Assembly (NCBI RefSeq): GCF_051859345.1
Contig: NZ_JBHYFV010000013.1
Location: 34,474-98,473, forward strand
DNA from: Marivita sp.
GTDB taxonomy: Bacteria > Pseudomonadota > Alphaproteobacteria > Rhodobacterales > Rhodobacteraceae
Direction of reading: 5' to 3'
Length of the DNA stretch: 64,000 bases
The notes beneath the pieces were generated by a model. That model worked only from the letters and a program-made list of their open reading frames with translations, had not been told where the DNA came from and made no database searches. How positions within the stretch are numbered: the first letter of the stretch is position 1; the number at the start of each line of letters is the position of its first letter. Positions 1-9,937 of the stretch are shown here, in pieces. Position numbers and translations under genes: made by a program.

Positions 1-82
1 TCTTTACCGCACCGGACACTTCGGACACCGAATATTCCGGCAGGTTCTGCCCCGGTCTGGGATCGTCGATCAGGTCGGACAT
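1..82 (-). CDS. xseA: Exodeoxyribonuclease VII large subunit, 5' end only (runs off window)
   Basis: Minus strand from ATG at 82 reads MSDLIDDPRPGQNLPEYSVSEVSGAVK, like the XseA N-terminus; divergent from purD. Not in the ORF track. Confidence 0.7.
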   Translation of the reverse strand, partial: MSDLIDDPRPGQNLPEYSVSEVSGAVK

Positions 83-158
83 CTCGCCTCGCTTGCTCTT
101 GGCCTCGCGCAACCTTAGAACGCCGCCAACGCAAGGAAAAGCACGGAAGGGCGCGCGC

Positions 159-1421
159 ATGAACATCCTGATCCTTGGCAGCGGCGGGCGTGAACACGCG
201 CTGGCCTGGGCCGCGCTGCAGAACCCCAAATGTGACAAGCTGATCGTCGCGCCGGGCAACGCGGGCATCGCCCAGATCGCGGATTGTGCCGATCTCGACA
301 TCGAGGATGGTGGCGCGGTTGTGACCTTTGCCGAGGAAAACAGCATCGAGTTCGTGATTGTCGGCCCCGAAGCTCCTTTGGCCGCCGGGGTGGCGGATCG
401 TCTTCGCGACGCGGGGCTGCTGGTGTTCGGCCCCTCCGCCGAGGCAGCGCGGCTTGAGGCATCCAAAAGCTTTACCAAGGAAATCTGTGACGCGGCCAAT
501 GCCCCGACAGCCGCCTATGGTCACTTCACCGACGCCGACAGCGCCAAGGCCTATGTGCGTGCGCAGGGCGCACCCATCGTGGTCAAGGCCGACGGGCTGG
601 CCGCTGGCAAAGGTGTGATCATCGCCGAAACCGTGGCCGAGGCCGAAGCCGCCATCGACGACATGTTCGGCGGCGCGTTTGGGGGGGCCGGGGCAGAGGT
701 GGTGATCGAGGAATTCATGACGGGCGAAGAGGCGTCGTTCTTCGTGCTGTGTGACGGCACCGATGTGCTGCCCATCGGCACCGCGCAGGACCACAAGCGC
801 GTCGGCGAAGGCGACACCGGCCCCAATACCGGCGGCATGGGCGCCTATTCGCCCGCGCCGGTCATGACGGAGGCCGTCACGCAAAAGGCCATGGACGAGA
901 TCATCAAGCCGACCATGGCCGAGATGGCCAAACGCGGAACGCCGTTTCAAGGCATCCTGTTTGCCGGTCTGATGATCGAAGACGGGCAACCCCGGCTGGT
1001 GGAATACAACGTGCGGTTTGGTGATCCGGAATGCCAGGTCCTGATGATGCGCCTCGGCGCGCAGGCGTTCGACCTGTTGCATGCCTGTGCCGAGAAGCGT
1101 CTGTCAGAGGCGCCGGTGAACTGGGCTGACGACCACGCGATGACGGTTGTTCTGGCTTCAAAGGGGTATCCCGGCCCCTATGAAAAAGGCTCTGTGATCA
1201 GCGGTCTGGAAGGTCTGCCGGAAGACAGTTTCCGGATGATGTTCCATGCAGGCACCACCGAAAAAGATGGCAAGATCATCGCCAGTGGCGGGCGCGTGCT
1301 GAATGCCACTGCGCGTGGGGCCACCCTTCAGGAGGCTCGGGATCGCGCGTATGAGCAGGTGGATGCGGTTGACTGGCCTCAAGGCTTCCACCGCCGCGAT
1401 ATCGGCTGGCGGGCGCTCTGA
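159..1421 (+). CDS. purD: Phosphoribosylamine--glycine ligase
   Basis: MNILILGSGGREHALAW start, VVKADGLAAGKGV, GPNTGGMGAYSP, RFGDPECQ; start moved to ATG 159. Confidence 0.97.
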   Translation: MNILILGSGGREHALAWAALQNPKCDKLIVAPGNAGIAQIADCADLDIEDGGAVVTFAEENSIEFVIVGPEAPLAAGVADRLRDAGLLVFGPSAEAARLEASKSFTKEICDAANAPTAAYGHFTDADSAKAYVRAQGAPIVVKADGLAAGKGVIIAETVAEAEAAIDDMFGGAFGGAGAEVVIEEFMTGEEASFFVLCDGTDVLPIGTAQDHKRVGEGDTGPNTGGMGAYSPAPVMTEAVTQKAMDEIIKPTMAEMAKRGTPFQGILFAGLMIEDGQPRLVEYNVRFGDPECQVLMMRLGAQAFDLLHACAEKRLSEAPVNWADDHAMTVVLASKGYPGPYEKGSVISGLEGLPEDSFRMMFHAGTTEKDGKIIASGGRVLNATARGATLQEARDRAYEQVDAVDWPQGFHRRDIGWRAL

Positions 1422-2015
1422 ATGGCGACGGCCCTGGCCGGGTTTGCGCTTGGCTTTTCCCTGATCCTTGCCATTGGCGCACAGAACGCTTTTGTGCTGC
1501 GGCAGGGATTGCTGAGATCCCATGTGTTCGCGGTCTGCCTGACCTGCGCGCTGTCGGATGCGATCCTGATTGCCGCCGGGGTCGCCGGCTTTGGCGCGCT
1601 GACGCAGGCCGTTCCCGGGCTTGAACTTGCCATGCGCCTGTTGGGGGCGGGTTTCCTGATCTGGTACGGTGCACGCACCCTTCTCAGCGCATGGCGCGGA
1701 GGGCAGGTGATGCAGGCCGGGCAGGCAGCGGGATCGCTGCGCACCGCTTTGCTGACCTGCCTCGCGCTGACATGGCTCAATCCGCATGTGTATCTCGACA
1801 CGGTGGTCCTGTTGGGTGCGGTCGCGGCACAATACGACGACCGGCTGAATTTCGCGCTGGGCGCGATGACCGCCAGTTTCGTTTTCTTCTTCTCGCTGGG
1901 CTATGGCGCACGGCTTTTGGCGCCGTTTTTTGCAAAGCCCCGCGCGTGGCAAGTGCTGGATGTGATCATCGGCGTGATCATGTGGGCGATTGCGGCCAAG
2001 CTGCTGTTGATGTGA
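1422..2015 (+). CDS. LysE/ArgO family amino acid exporter
   Basis: LILAIGAQNAFVLRQGL and TWLNPHVYLDT motifs; hydrophobic. Confidence 0.9.
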   Translation: MATALAGFALGFSLILAIGAQNAFVLRQGLLRSHVFAVCLTCALSDAILIAAGVAGFGALTQAVPGLELAMRLLGAGFLIWYGARTLLSAWRGGQVMQAGQAAGSLRTALLTCLALTWLNPHVYLDTVVLLGAVAAQYDDRLNFALGAMTASFVFFFSLGYGARLLAPFFAKPRAWQVLDVIIGVIMWAIAAKLLLM

Positions 2016-2087
2016 CACTGCTAAGGCCGCCGTCAGATCTGATGAGCCCCCCTTGCGCTTTCCCGAGGCTTCCGGTCCATTGCAGCC

Positions 2088-3005
2088 ATGCGCATGTCTT
2101 CACCTGTCAACAGCACGTCCAATCCGGTCAAGGGCGTCTTCTGGATGATCACGACGGGGCTGTGTTTCGTGACCGTCACAGCCCTTGTCAAGACACTCGG
2201 AGGGCGCATTCCTGCGGCGGAATCGGCGTTTCTGCGCTACCTGATCGGCTTGGTGTTCCTGATCCCTGTGTGGCGCGTCCTGATGGCCGTGCGGCTGACC
2301 GGGCGACAGAAGAAACTCTTTGCCGTTCGGGGTCTTGTTCATTCGCTCGGCGTGATCCTGTGGTTCTTTGCCATGACCCGTATCCCGATCGCAGAAGTCA
2401 CCGCGATGAACTATCTCAACCCGGTCTATGTGACGATCCTTGCGGTGTTCGTGCTGGGCGAAACGCTGGCGCTGCGGCGCGCCATGGCGGTGGCGGCGGC
2501 GCTGGTGGGGGCGCTGATCATCCTGCGTCCGGGCTTTCGCGAACTCGATCCCGGCCATATCGCCATGCTGGGCACGGCCCTTTTGTTTGCGGGCAGTTAC
2601 CTGATCGCCAAGATCGTGTCGGGGGAATTGCCCGCCAGCATCGTTGTGGCGCTGCTGTCGATCACGGTGACCATTGGTCTTGCGCCTTTTGCATTCGCGG
2701 TCTGGGTCACGCCAAGCCTTGCCGATCTGGGGATACTGGCGGCCATCGCCTGTTTCGCAACCGCCGGTCACTACACCATGACCCTTGCCTTCGCCGCGGC
2801 GCCAGTGACCGTGACTCAGCCCGTGACCTTTCTTCAACTGGTCTGGTCGGTCCTGCTGGGCATGATGTTCTTTGACGAACCCGCAGATCCGTGGGTTATC
2901 CTCGGGGGTGGCGTAATTATGGCTTCGGTGATCTTCATCACCTGGCGTGAAGCCCGCCTGCGCAAGATTCACCGAACGCCAAACGTCAACGAAACAAAGG
3001 GGTAA
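2088..3005 (+). CDS. DMT/EamA family transporter
   Basis: About 10 hydrophobic segments, two EamA-like halves (FLGE-type motif, ILRPG). Confidence 0.85.
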   Translation: MRMSSPVNSTSNPVKGVFWMITTGLCFVTVTALVKTLGGRIPAAESAFLRYLIGLVFLIPVWRVLMAVRLTGRQKKLFAVRGLVHSLGVILWFFAMTRIPIAEVTAMNYLNPVYVTILAVFVLGETLALRRAMAVAAALVGALIILRPGFRELDPGHIAMLGTALLFAGSYLIAKIVSGELPASIVVALLSITVTIGLAPFAFAVWVTPSLADLGILAAIACFATAGHYTMTLAFAAAPVTVTQPVTFLQLVWSVLLGMMFFDEPADPWVILGGGVIMASVIFITWREARLRKIHRTPNVNETKG

Positions 3006-3148
3006 GGTGACCTTACGTCGCCCTACCTGACTTTGTGGCAGGCCCTCCAGAAACATTGTTTCGGTTTCCGCAAAAAACCGGGATTGGTTCCAAAATTGGT
3101 CACAATCCGGCGCGACAAACAGGGAAGGTAATGTACGAGGAGAGACCC

Positions 3149-3346
3149 ATGTTTGCCGAAACTTTTTCAAGCGCCAATCTTGGCGACTTACGCCACTTCC
3201 TTGTGTCCGAGCGTGAAAAGACGCTGTCGGATACCGAATGGAAATTCCGCATGCGCGGCTATGGTTTTCACGTCAAACGCGTTGATGGCGGCGTGATGGT
3301 GGCACGGATCGCGAAGAACGAAATCCTCGGCTGCGTTAAGATGTGA
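3149..3346 (+). CDS. Small hypothetical protein (65 aa)
   Basis: GAGGAG SD upstream of ATG 3149; MFAETFSSANLGDLRHFLVSERE...WKFRMRGYGF fills the intergenic gap. Confidence 0.6.
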   Translation: MFAETFSSANLGDLRHFLVSEREKTLSDTEWKFRMRGYGFHVKRVDGGVMVARIAKNEILGCVKM

Positions 3347-3431
3347 TCTTGTCGGCCGCTGCGCTTGTGGCGGCCATTTGTCCATCTGTCGCGTCTCGCG
3401 CTTTGCACAGCGCTTTGCTATACGCCGCGAC

Positions 3432-3884
3432 ATGCAGAAGAATATTGATCTTCCTCCTGTCTGGCTGCTTGGCGCGCTGATCCTTGCGTGGCTGCAAAAG
3501 ACGTACGCAAGCTACGGGCTTGGCTTTGGACCTGTCTGGGCAGATCTGCTGGGTGGTCTTCTGGTTGGCGCGGGCATTGTTCTGATGGCACTGGCGGTCT
3601 ACGAATTCCGCCGCCACCGCACGACGATCATGCCACACCGCGAGGCAGATGCGCTGGTGACCAGCGGCATTTTCAAGCGCTCGCGCAATCCCATCTACCT
3701 TGCTGATTCGTTGATCCTGACCGGAATGATCCTCTATTGGGATGCGGTGTTATCGCTCCCATTGATCCCGCTCTTTGTCTGGTGGATCGAGAAACACTTC
3801 ATTATAGCCGAAGAAAAACGCTTGCGGCGAAATTTTCGTGCGGATTTTGCACGATATGAGAAACAAACGCGACGTTGGCTCTAG
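3432..3884 (+). CDS. Isoprenylcysteine carboxylmethyltransferase/PEMT family membrane protein
   Basis: LVTSGIFKRSRNPIYL and EEKRL..F...F..Y....RRWL motifs. Confidence 0.85.
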   Translation: MQKNIDLPPVWLLGALILAWLQKTYASYGLGFGPVWADLLGGLLVGAGIVLMALAVYEFRRHRTTIMPHREADALVTSGIFKRSRNPIYLADSLILTGMILYWDAVLSLPLIPLFVWWIEKHFIIAEEKRLRRNFRADFARYEKQTRRWL

Positions 3885-4020
3885 CCGATCATGCACATCT
3901 GTTCTAGATGAGCGGTTCGCGGGTGGGCAGCATTGTGCGCTTTAGGTCAGCATTGTAGACCCATCGCCGGAAAACATGCCGCTACGGCACTTCGGAACGA
4001 AGCAAAGGGGGACGGCTCAG

Positions 4021-5592
4021 GTGAAAATCGGGACGCCAAAAGAAGTGATGAAGGGTGAGGCACGCGTTGCCATGACCCCGGATTCCGCCCGCCAGCTGCA
4101 AAAGCTCGGGTACGACTGTATCATCGAAACCGGCGCAGGCGACGCGGCAGGGTATAGCGACGCAACCTACAAAGAGGCTGGCGTCGAGGTTGTCAAAACC
4201 GCCGCCGCGCTTTGGAAAGCGGCCGATGTGGTCGCCAAGGTCCGCCCACCCACCGACGCCGAGCTGAAGAAAGCGCGCGATGGTCAGTTGCTGATCTCGT
4301 TCTTCTGGCCAGCCCAGAACGAAAAACTGATGCAGCAGGCCGCTGATCAGGGCACATCCGTGATCGCGATGGACATGGTGCCGCGCATTTCCCGCGCCCA
4401 GAAGATGGACGCGCTGTCGTCGATGGCGAATATTGCGGGCTATCGTGCCGTGATCGAGGCGGGCAACAATTTCGGTCGCTTCTTCACCGGCCAGATCACC
4501 GCTGCGGGCAAGGTGCCCCCGGCCAAGGTTCTGGTTGTTGGTGCCGGTGTGGCCGGCCTTGCCGCCATCGGCACATCGACCTCGCTGGGTGCGATCACCT
4601 ATGCGTTCGACGTGCGCCCCGAAGTGGCTGAACAGGTTGAATCGATGGGAGCCGAATTCGTCTTCCTCGATTTCGAGGAAGAACAGAAGGACGGCTCTGC
4701 CTCTGGCGGCTATGCCTCTGTGTCCTCACCGGAATTCACCGCAGCCCAGCTTGCAAAGTTCCGCGAACTGGCCCCCGACATCGACATCGTGATCGCCACC
4801 GCGCTGATCCCGAACCGCGAAGCGCCCGAGCTTTGGACCAAGGACATGGTCGACGCGATGAAGCCGGGATCGGTGATCATCGATCTGGCGGCGGAAAAGG
4901 GTGGCAACTGCAAGCTGACCGTGATGGACGAGAAGATCGTCACTGACAACGGTGTCACGATCATCGGTTATACCGACTTCCCCAGCCGAATGGCCACGCA
5001 GTCCTCGAACCTCTACGCGACCAACATCCGTCACATGATGACCGACCTGACCCCGGAAAAGGACGGACAGGTCAATCACAACATGGAAGACGACGTAATC
5101 CGTGGCGCCACCATCGCGCATGAAAAGGCCGTCACCTTCCCGCCACCCCCGCCAAAGGTGAACGCGATTGCCGCGAAGCCCAAGGAAAAGGTCAAGGAAC
5201 TCACACCCGAAGAAAAGCGCGCGAACGAAGTCGCCGCGTTCAAGGCACAGACCAAGCAGCAGGTCACGTTGCTGGCCATCGGGGCCGCTCTGGTTCTGGG
5301 TGTTGGTCTGGTCGCTCCGGCCAGCTTCATGCAGCATTTCATCGTGTTCGTGCTGTCGGTTTTCATCGGCTTCCAGGTGATCTGGAACGTCGCGCATTCG
5401 CTGCACACACCGCTGATGGCCGTCACCAACGCGATCTCGTCGATCATCATTCTGGGCGCGCTGATCCAGATCGGGTCCAGTTCGCTGCTCATCACTTTGC
5501 TGGCGGCGCTGGGTATCTTCATGGCCTCGATCAACATATTCGGCGGCTTCCTCGTGACACGGCGCATGCTCGCCATGTTCCAGAAATCCTAA
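4021..5592 (+). CDS. pntA: NAD(P) transhydrogenase subunit alpha (fused dI + membrane part)
   Basis: GTG start [52 protein letters not shown]. Confidence 0.96.
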   Translation: MKIGTPKEVMKGEARVAMTPDSARQLQKLGYDCIIETGAGDAAGYSDATYKEAGVEVVKTAAALWKAADVVAKVRPPTDAELKKARDGQLLISFFWPAQNEKLMQQAADQGTSVIAMDMVPRISRAQKMDALSSMANIAGYRAVIEAGNNFGRFFTGQITAAGKVPPAKVLVVGAGVAGLAAIGTSTSLGAITYAFDVRPEVAEQVESMGAEFVFLDFEEEQKDGSASGGYASVSSPEFTAAQLAKFRELAPDIDIVIATALIPNREAPELWTKDMVDAMKPGSVIIDLAAEKGGNCKLTVMDEKIVTDNGVTIIGYTDFPSRMATQSSNLYATNIRHMMTDLTPEKDGQVNHNMEDDVIRGATIAHEKAVTFPPPPPKVNAIAAKPKEKVKELTPEEKRANEVAAFKAQTKQQVTLLAIGAALVLGVGLVAPASFMQHFIVFVLSVFIGFQVIWNVAHSLHTPLMAVTNAISSIIILGALIQIGSSSLLITLLAALGIFMASINIFGGFLVTRRMLAMFQKS

Positions 5593-5605
5593 GGGGGCAG
5601 GCACC

Positions 5606-7102
5606 ATGGAATTCGGATTCACCATCGCGGCCTATGCGGTCGCAGCGGTTCTCTTCATCCTGTCGCTTGGCGGGCTGAGCGGTCAGGAAAGCGCCAAACG
5701 GGCCGTCTGGTACGGCATTGTCGGCATGGCCATCGCGGTTCTTGCCACGCTCATGGGACCGGGGCAGGGGCTGTTTGTGGCTTCCATCGTCCTGATCGCG
5801 CTGGGCGCGGGTGTGGGCTACCAACTCGCCACGCGGGTTCAGATGACCCAGATGCCCGAGCTTGTGGCCATCATGCACAGCCTTGTCGGTCTGGCAGCGG
5901 TGTTCGTGGGCTTCAACGCCGACATCATGATCAACAATATCGGTGATCTCTACGACGCGAACGGCCTTGTCATGGGCGCGGTTGCGGATGACGGCTACAC
6001 TGCCATTGGCCTGCCGAAAGAGGTCTATGACGGGCTGTCGTCCTTCGGCAAACTGATCGCCAAGAAAACCAATGTCGAGATCAACATCCTCAAGGTCGAA
6101 CTGGTGCTGGGCATCTGGATCGGTGCCGTGACCTTTACCGGGTCGGTCATCGCCTATGGCAAACTGGCAGGCAAGGTGGACAGCGGCGCGAATAAGCTGC
6201 CGGGCGGTCACCTGCTCAATGCCGGTGCTGCGGGTCTGTCGCTGTTGCTGGCGGCAATGTATCTGGGTGGTTCGGGCAGCTGGACACTGGTTCTGCTGAC
6301 TCTGCTGGCGCTGTTCATCGGCTACCATTTGATCATGGGCATCGGCGGCGCCGACATGCCGGTCGTGGTCTCCATGCTCAACAGCTATTCGGGCTGGGCG
6401 GCTGCCGCGATTGGCTTCAGCCTCGGCAACGACCTCTTGATCGTGGTCGGTGCGTTGGTCGGCTCTTCCGGTGCGATCCTGTCCTACATCATGTGCAAGG
6501 CGATGAACCGCAGCTTCATCAGCGTGATCCTGGGCGGCTTTGGCGGTCCGGCAGGCGAACAGATGGCTGTGGAAGGCGAACAGATCGCCATTGACGCCGA
6601 TGGTGTGGCGGGCGCGCTCGACGAGGCCGACAGCGTCATCATCATTCCGGGCTACGGCATGGCGGTGGCACAGGCACAGCAGAACGTGGCGGAACTCACC
6701 CGTCGCCTGCGCGCCAAGGGCAAATCCGTGCGCTTTGCGATCCACCCGGTTGCGGGGCGTCTGCCCGGCCACATGAACGTGCTGCTGGCCGAAGCCAAAG
6801 TGCCCTATGACATCGTGCTCGAGATGGACGAGATCAACGACGACTTCCCGGATACGGATGTCGCCATCGTCATCGGCTCGAACGACATCGTGAACCCGGC
6901 AGCCCAGGACGATCCCAACAGTCCCATCGCCGGGATGCCGGTTCTGGAATGCTGGAAGGCCAAGCAGGTCTTCGTGTCCAAGCGCGGGCAGGGCACCGGC
7001 TATTCGGGCATCGAAAACCCGCTGTTCTTCAAGGACAACACGCGGATGTTCTACGGGGACGCCAAGAAGTCACTGGAAGACCTGCTGACCCGGATTAGCT
7101 GA
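5606..7102 (+). CDS. pntB: NAD(P) transhydrogenase subunit beta
   Basis: [55 protein letters not shown]. Confidence 0.96.
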   Translation: MEFGFTIAAYAVAAVLFILSLGGLSGQESAKRAVWYGIVGMAIAVLATLMGPGQGLFVASIVLIALGAGVGYQLATRVQMTQMPELVAIMHSLVGLAAVFVGFNADIMINNIGDLYDANGLVMGAVADDGYTAIGLPKEVYDGLSSFGKLIAKKTNVEINILKVELVLGIWIGAVTFTGSVIAYGKLAGKVDSGANKLPGGHLLNAGAAGLSLLLAAMYLGGSGSWTLVLLTLLALFIGYHLIMGIGGADMPVVVSMLNSYSGWAAAAIGFSLGNDLLIVVGALVGSSGAILSYIMCKAMNRSFISVILGGFGGPAGEQMAVEGEQIAIDADGVAGALDEADSVIIIPGYGMAVAQAQQNVAELTRRLRAKGKSVRFAIHPVAGRLPGHMNVLLAEAKVPYDIVLEMDEINDDFPDTDVAIVIGSNDIVNPAAQDDPNSPIAGMPVLECWKAKQVFVSKRGQGTGYSGIENPLFFKDNTRMFYGDAKKSLEDLLTRIS

Positions 7103-7123
7103 ACCGCACTTTGGCGAAGATTG

Positions 7124-7154
7124 AAAACCCCGGTCCCAGTGGCCGGGGTTTTTT
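7124..7154 (+). terminator. Rho-independent terminator after pntB
   Basis: AAAACCCCGG-9nt-CCGGGGTTTT stem followed by a T run. Confidence 0.8.
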
Positions 7155-7296
7155 GTTCTGCGCCGCTGCAATCTGGCCCGGACCAGAATTCCGGGTTGCA
7201 ATCGAGTACGGGGCGATGCGGCTGGTCATGGGGGTTTGGCGCATTATGTCCCTGAACGGACGCCATTCACACGACACCAAAGAGGCCTCCGGACAC

Positions 7297-7734
7297 ATGA
7301 ACGACTTTGTCAGCGCCGCCTACGATCGGTTCGCCATTTTCATCGCCCTGTTGCTTCTGATGGGAACTGCGGTGGTGATCGTCATAGCGACTTTCTCATT
7401 CCTCCTCCTGACGTGGGAGGTGCTTCTGGGCGCGATGGGTGGCACCTCGTACGCGACCCTCCAGCGCGTCTTCGATGCTCTGCTTGGTGCGATCATCGCA
7501 TTGGAACTCGCGCATTCCGTAAAACTCATGGTCACCGGGCAGCGCGGCTTCGGACAGGTCCGCATCGTTCTGGTGATCGGTATTCTTGCGGTCGTGAGAA
7601 AGCTTATCGTTATCGAATTGGAGGCTGTTTCCGGGTTTCTCCTGCTTGGGCTGGCGGCGGCCATCATTGCCCTTGGGGGAATATACGGCTACCTGCTTTG
7701 GCTTGATCGCGACGGAACCGTAGAACGCGATTGA
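7297..7734 (+). CDS. Phosphate-starvation-inducible PsiE family membrane protein
   Basis: IIALELAHSV and IGILAVVRKLIVI motifs; 4 hydrophobic segments; start inferred. Confidence 0.7.
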   Translation: MNDFVSAAYDRFAIFIALLLLMGTAVVIVIATFSFLLLTWEVLLGAMGGTSYATLQRVFDALLGAIIALELAHSVKLMVTGQRGFGQVRIVLVIGILAVVRKLIVIELEAVSGFLLLGLAAAIIALGGIYGYLLWLDRDGTVERD

Positions 7735-7765
7735 GCTTTCTCCGCGCGATGATCTGTTCGAAATG

Positions 7766-8302
7766 TCACACCGACATGTTGTTCAGCCATCCGTCAACCA
7801 GCGCGTCCAACCTGTCCCAATCCGTGTATTCTCGGTCGCTATCCAGATCGACCTCGGGATCCTTGGCCGCGATGATCCTGCGCATGATGAACCTGCGGAA
7901 CACGTCATAGCGTGACGGAGCATATGCACCTGCCACCTGCGCCACGTCCCCCGGAGTCCAACCTGTGGCCTCACCGAATTCCGAAAGGATGGTGTCGAGT
8001 GTCCGCCAATCGTCGGCATCATGCCCGGCGGCCGCCAGGGATACGGAAATCATCAGCGATGGCATGTCGTTCAGGGTGTCCGCATGTTGCGCGGCAAAGC
8101 CAGACAATGCCTTCTGATAGTGTCCCGCATGCAGCGAGCCCGCCAGTATCACACCGTCGAACCGCGTCAGGTCCATCGTTTCCGCATCTGCCACGGGGGA
8201 CAGTTCGATCATATGCCCCATGTCGAAAAGGCGATCCGCAATGTGACGGGCAATTTTTTGAGTCTGACCTTCGGTGGTCGCGTACCCAATGAACAGTTTC
8301 AT
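7766..8302 (-). CDS. Flavodoxin-domain protein (HemG-like protoporphyrinogen oxidase family)
   Basis: YATTEGQTQKIA FMN loop, AGSLHAGHY, C-terminal EYTDW. Confidence 0.8.
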   Translation of the reverse strand: MKLFIGYATTEGQTQKIARHIADRLFDMGHMIELSPVADAETMDLTRFDGVILAGSLHAGHYQKALSGFAAQHADTLNDMPSLMISVSLAAAGHDADDWRTLDTILSEFGEATGWTPGDVAQVAGAYAPSRYDVFRRFIMRRIIAAKDPEVDLDSDREYTDWDRLDALVDGWLNNMSV

Positions 8303-8587
8303 GGCCTCTCCCCTTGCTGCCAAAGTGCCACAACCCTGTGGCCCATCCAGACAGCCCGAGTTTATGACAGCGGGCACCTCCTTGCGTTGACCCATCGCAA
8401 AAACCGTTTCAGATCATGGAACTGGCGTGGTTTTGCATCTGCCGCGTATCAAGGCAGGGTGCATAGTGTCGCGCCACATCGTTCAATGCATACAGTTGAA
8501 TACCGGTAAAATACTGAAATGTCTGGAAATTTCCTTTACTTGAATTGTTTGCGCGCCTAAGTCGTATCGAAATCCGAAAGACGACTC

Positions 8588-9886
8588 ATGTCCCCGATCG
8601 AAGACCATCCGCTGCGATATGCCCTCTCGAACGAGCTGCACGCGCGCCCGTTTCCGTCGCTCGAAGCGCCGTGTCGTGCCGTGTATCTGGCGCTGAAAAA
8701 GCCCAAGGCGGCCGCCGCGCGGGACAAGACGTTGGATCTGGATCATCTCAAGGCGCTCTTGGACCGGTACGGCACCGCGCATCCGCAACCAGGGGCGACG
8801 CATTTCTCGGGCCAGATCGGTCAGAACATGCTGAAATGGGAACAGCATACCGAATTCGTCACCTACACCGTGTTTCTGAACGGTGTCTCGGACCGCCCCT
8901 TTGATCCGGCGGATATGGACGTGTTTCCCGAAAGCTGGCTTGCCTCTGCGCCCGGTGTACGCATCACATCGGCCCTGATCCGGGTCGAGGAACGTCCCGA
9001 CGAAGACACGATTTCGCAACATCTCTCGGACTGGTTCGTGCCCGAAAGCCTTGCTGTCAGCCGTGTTCTGGATGACGATGCCATCGTCGCGGGCGACTTT
9101 CGCATTGATCCGGCAGGGCACCTGCGCTTTGGCTGTTTCGTCAGCAACGGGATCGGTCGCCGTCGCGTCGGGCGGATCGTACAACGCCTGTGCGAGATCG
9201 AAACCTACAAGACCATGTCGATGCTGGGCTTCACCCGCGTGCGCGAACTGGGGCCGCGCATGGGCGAGATCGACAACGAACTCAACCTTCTGATGGCCGC
9301 CATGACCCAGGGTGACGGTCAGGAAGAAGACCGCCTGAAGTCATTGCTGGCGGTCTCGGCAGAGCTTGAAAGCCTGTCCGCCCAGACTTCGTTCCGGTTT
9401 GGCGCAACCGGCGCATACGAGGCGATTGTCGGACAGCGCGTGTCGGTCCTGCGCGAAGAACGCTTTCAGGGGCGGCAGACCTTTGCCGAATTCATGACCC
9501 GTCGTTATGATCCGGCGATGCGCACGGTCAAATCCGCCGAAAACCGGCTCTCGGCCATGGCCGCGCGGGCGGTGCGCGCCGGTGATCTGCTGCGCACGCG
9601 GGTCGAGGTGGCGCGGTCCGCGCAGAACCAGCAATTGCTCGAGAGCATGAACCAGCGCGCCGACATGCAGCTGCGCCTGCAAAAGACGGTCGAAGGCCTG
9701 TCGGTTGTGGCGATCAGCTATTACGCGGTGTCGCTGGCGGGATACCTGCTGTATCCGGTCTCGGCGATGATGGACATCTCCAAAGGCGCGGTGACGGCGC
9801 TGGTCACGATCCCGGTTGTGCTCTTGGTCTGGTTTGCCATCCGCCGCATTCGCCGCGTGGTCGAACAGGATGGGCCTGACCTCTAG
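8588..9886 (+). CDS. DUF3422 family membrane-anchored protein
   Basis: DHPLRYALSNELHARPF start, LKWEQHTEF, LRLQKTVEGLSVVAISYY. Confidence 0.85.
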   Translation: MSPIEDHPLRYALSNELHARPFPSLEAPCRAVYLALKKPKAAAARDKTLDLDHLKALLDRYGTAHPQPGATHFSGQIGQNMLKWEQHTEFVTYTVFLNGVSDRPFDPADMDVFPESWLASAPGVRITSALIRVEERPDEDTISQHLSDWFVPESLAVSRVLDDDAIVAGDFRIDPAGHLRFGCFVSNGIGRRRVGRIVQRLCEIETYKTMSMLGFTRVRELGPRMGEIDNELNLLMAAMTQGDGQEEDRLKSLLAVSAELESLSAQTSFRFGATGAYEAIVGQRVSVLREERFQGRQTFAEFMTRRYDPAMRTVKSAENRLSAMAARAVRAGDLLRTRVEVARSAQNQQLLESMNQRADMQLRLQKTVEGLSVVAISYYAVSLAGYLLYPVSAMMDISKGAVTALVTIPVVLLVWFAIRRIRRVVEQDGPDL

Positions 9887-9937
9887 GGATGGCGTATTGG
9901 CCGTTGACGTTTCCGTCGACGGAAACAACCGGATGCT

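Noticed and set aside
8560-8590. AGTCGT...ACGACT hairpin before DUF3422; also CATCT-N5-AGATG near 3897 and GGATTTG-AC-CAAATCC near 40501
   Set aside because: Short arms expected by chance; no supporting context.
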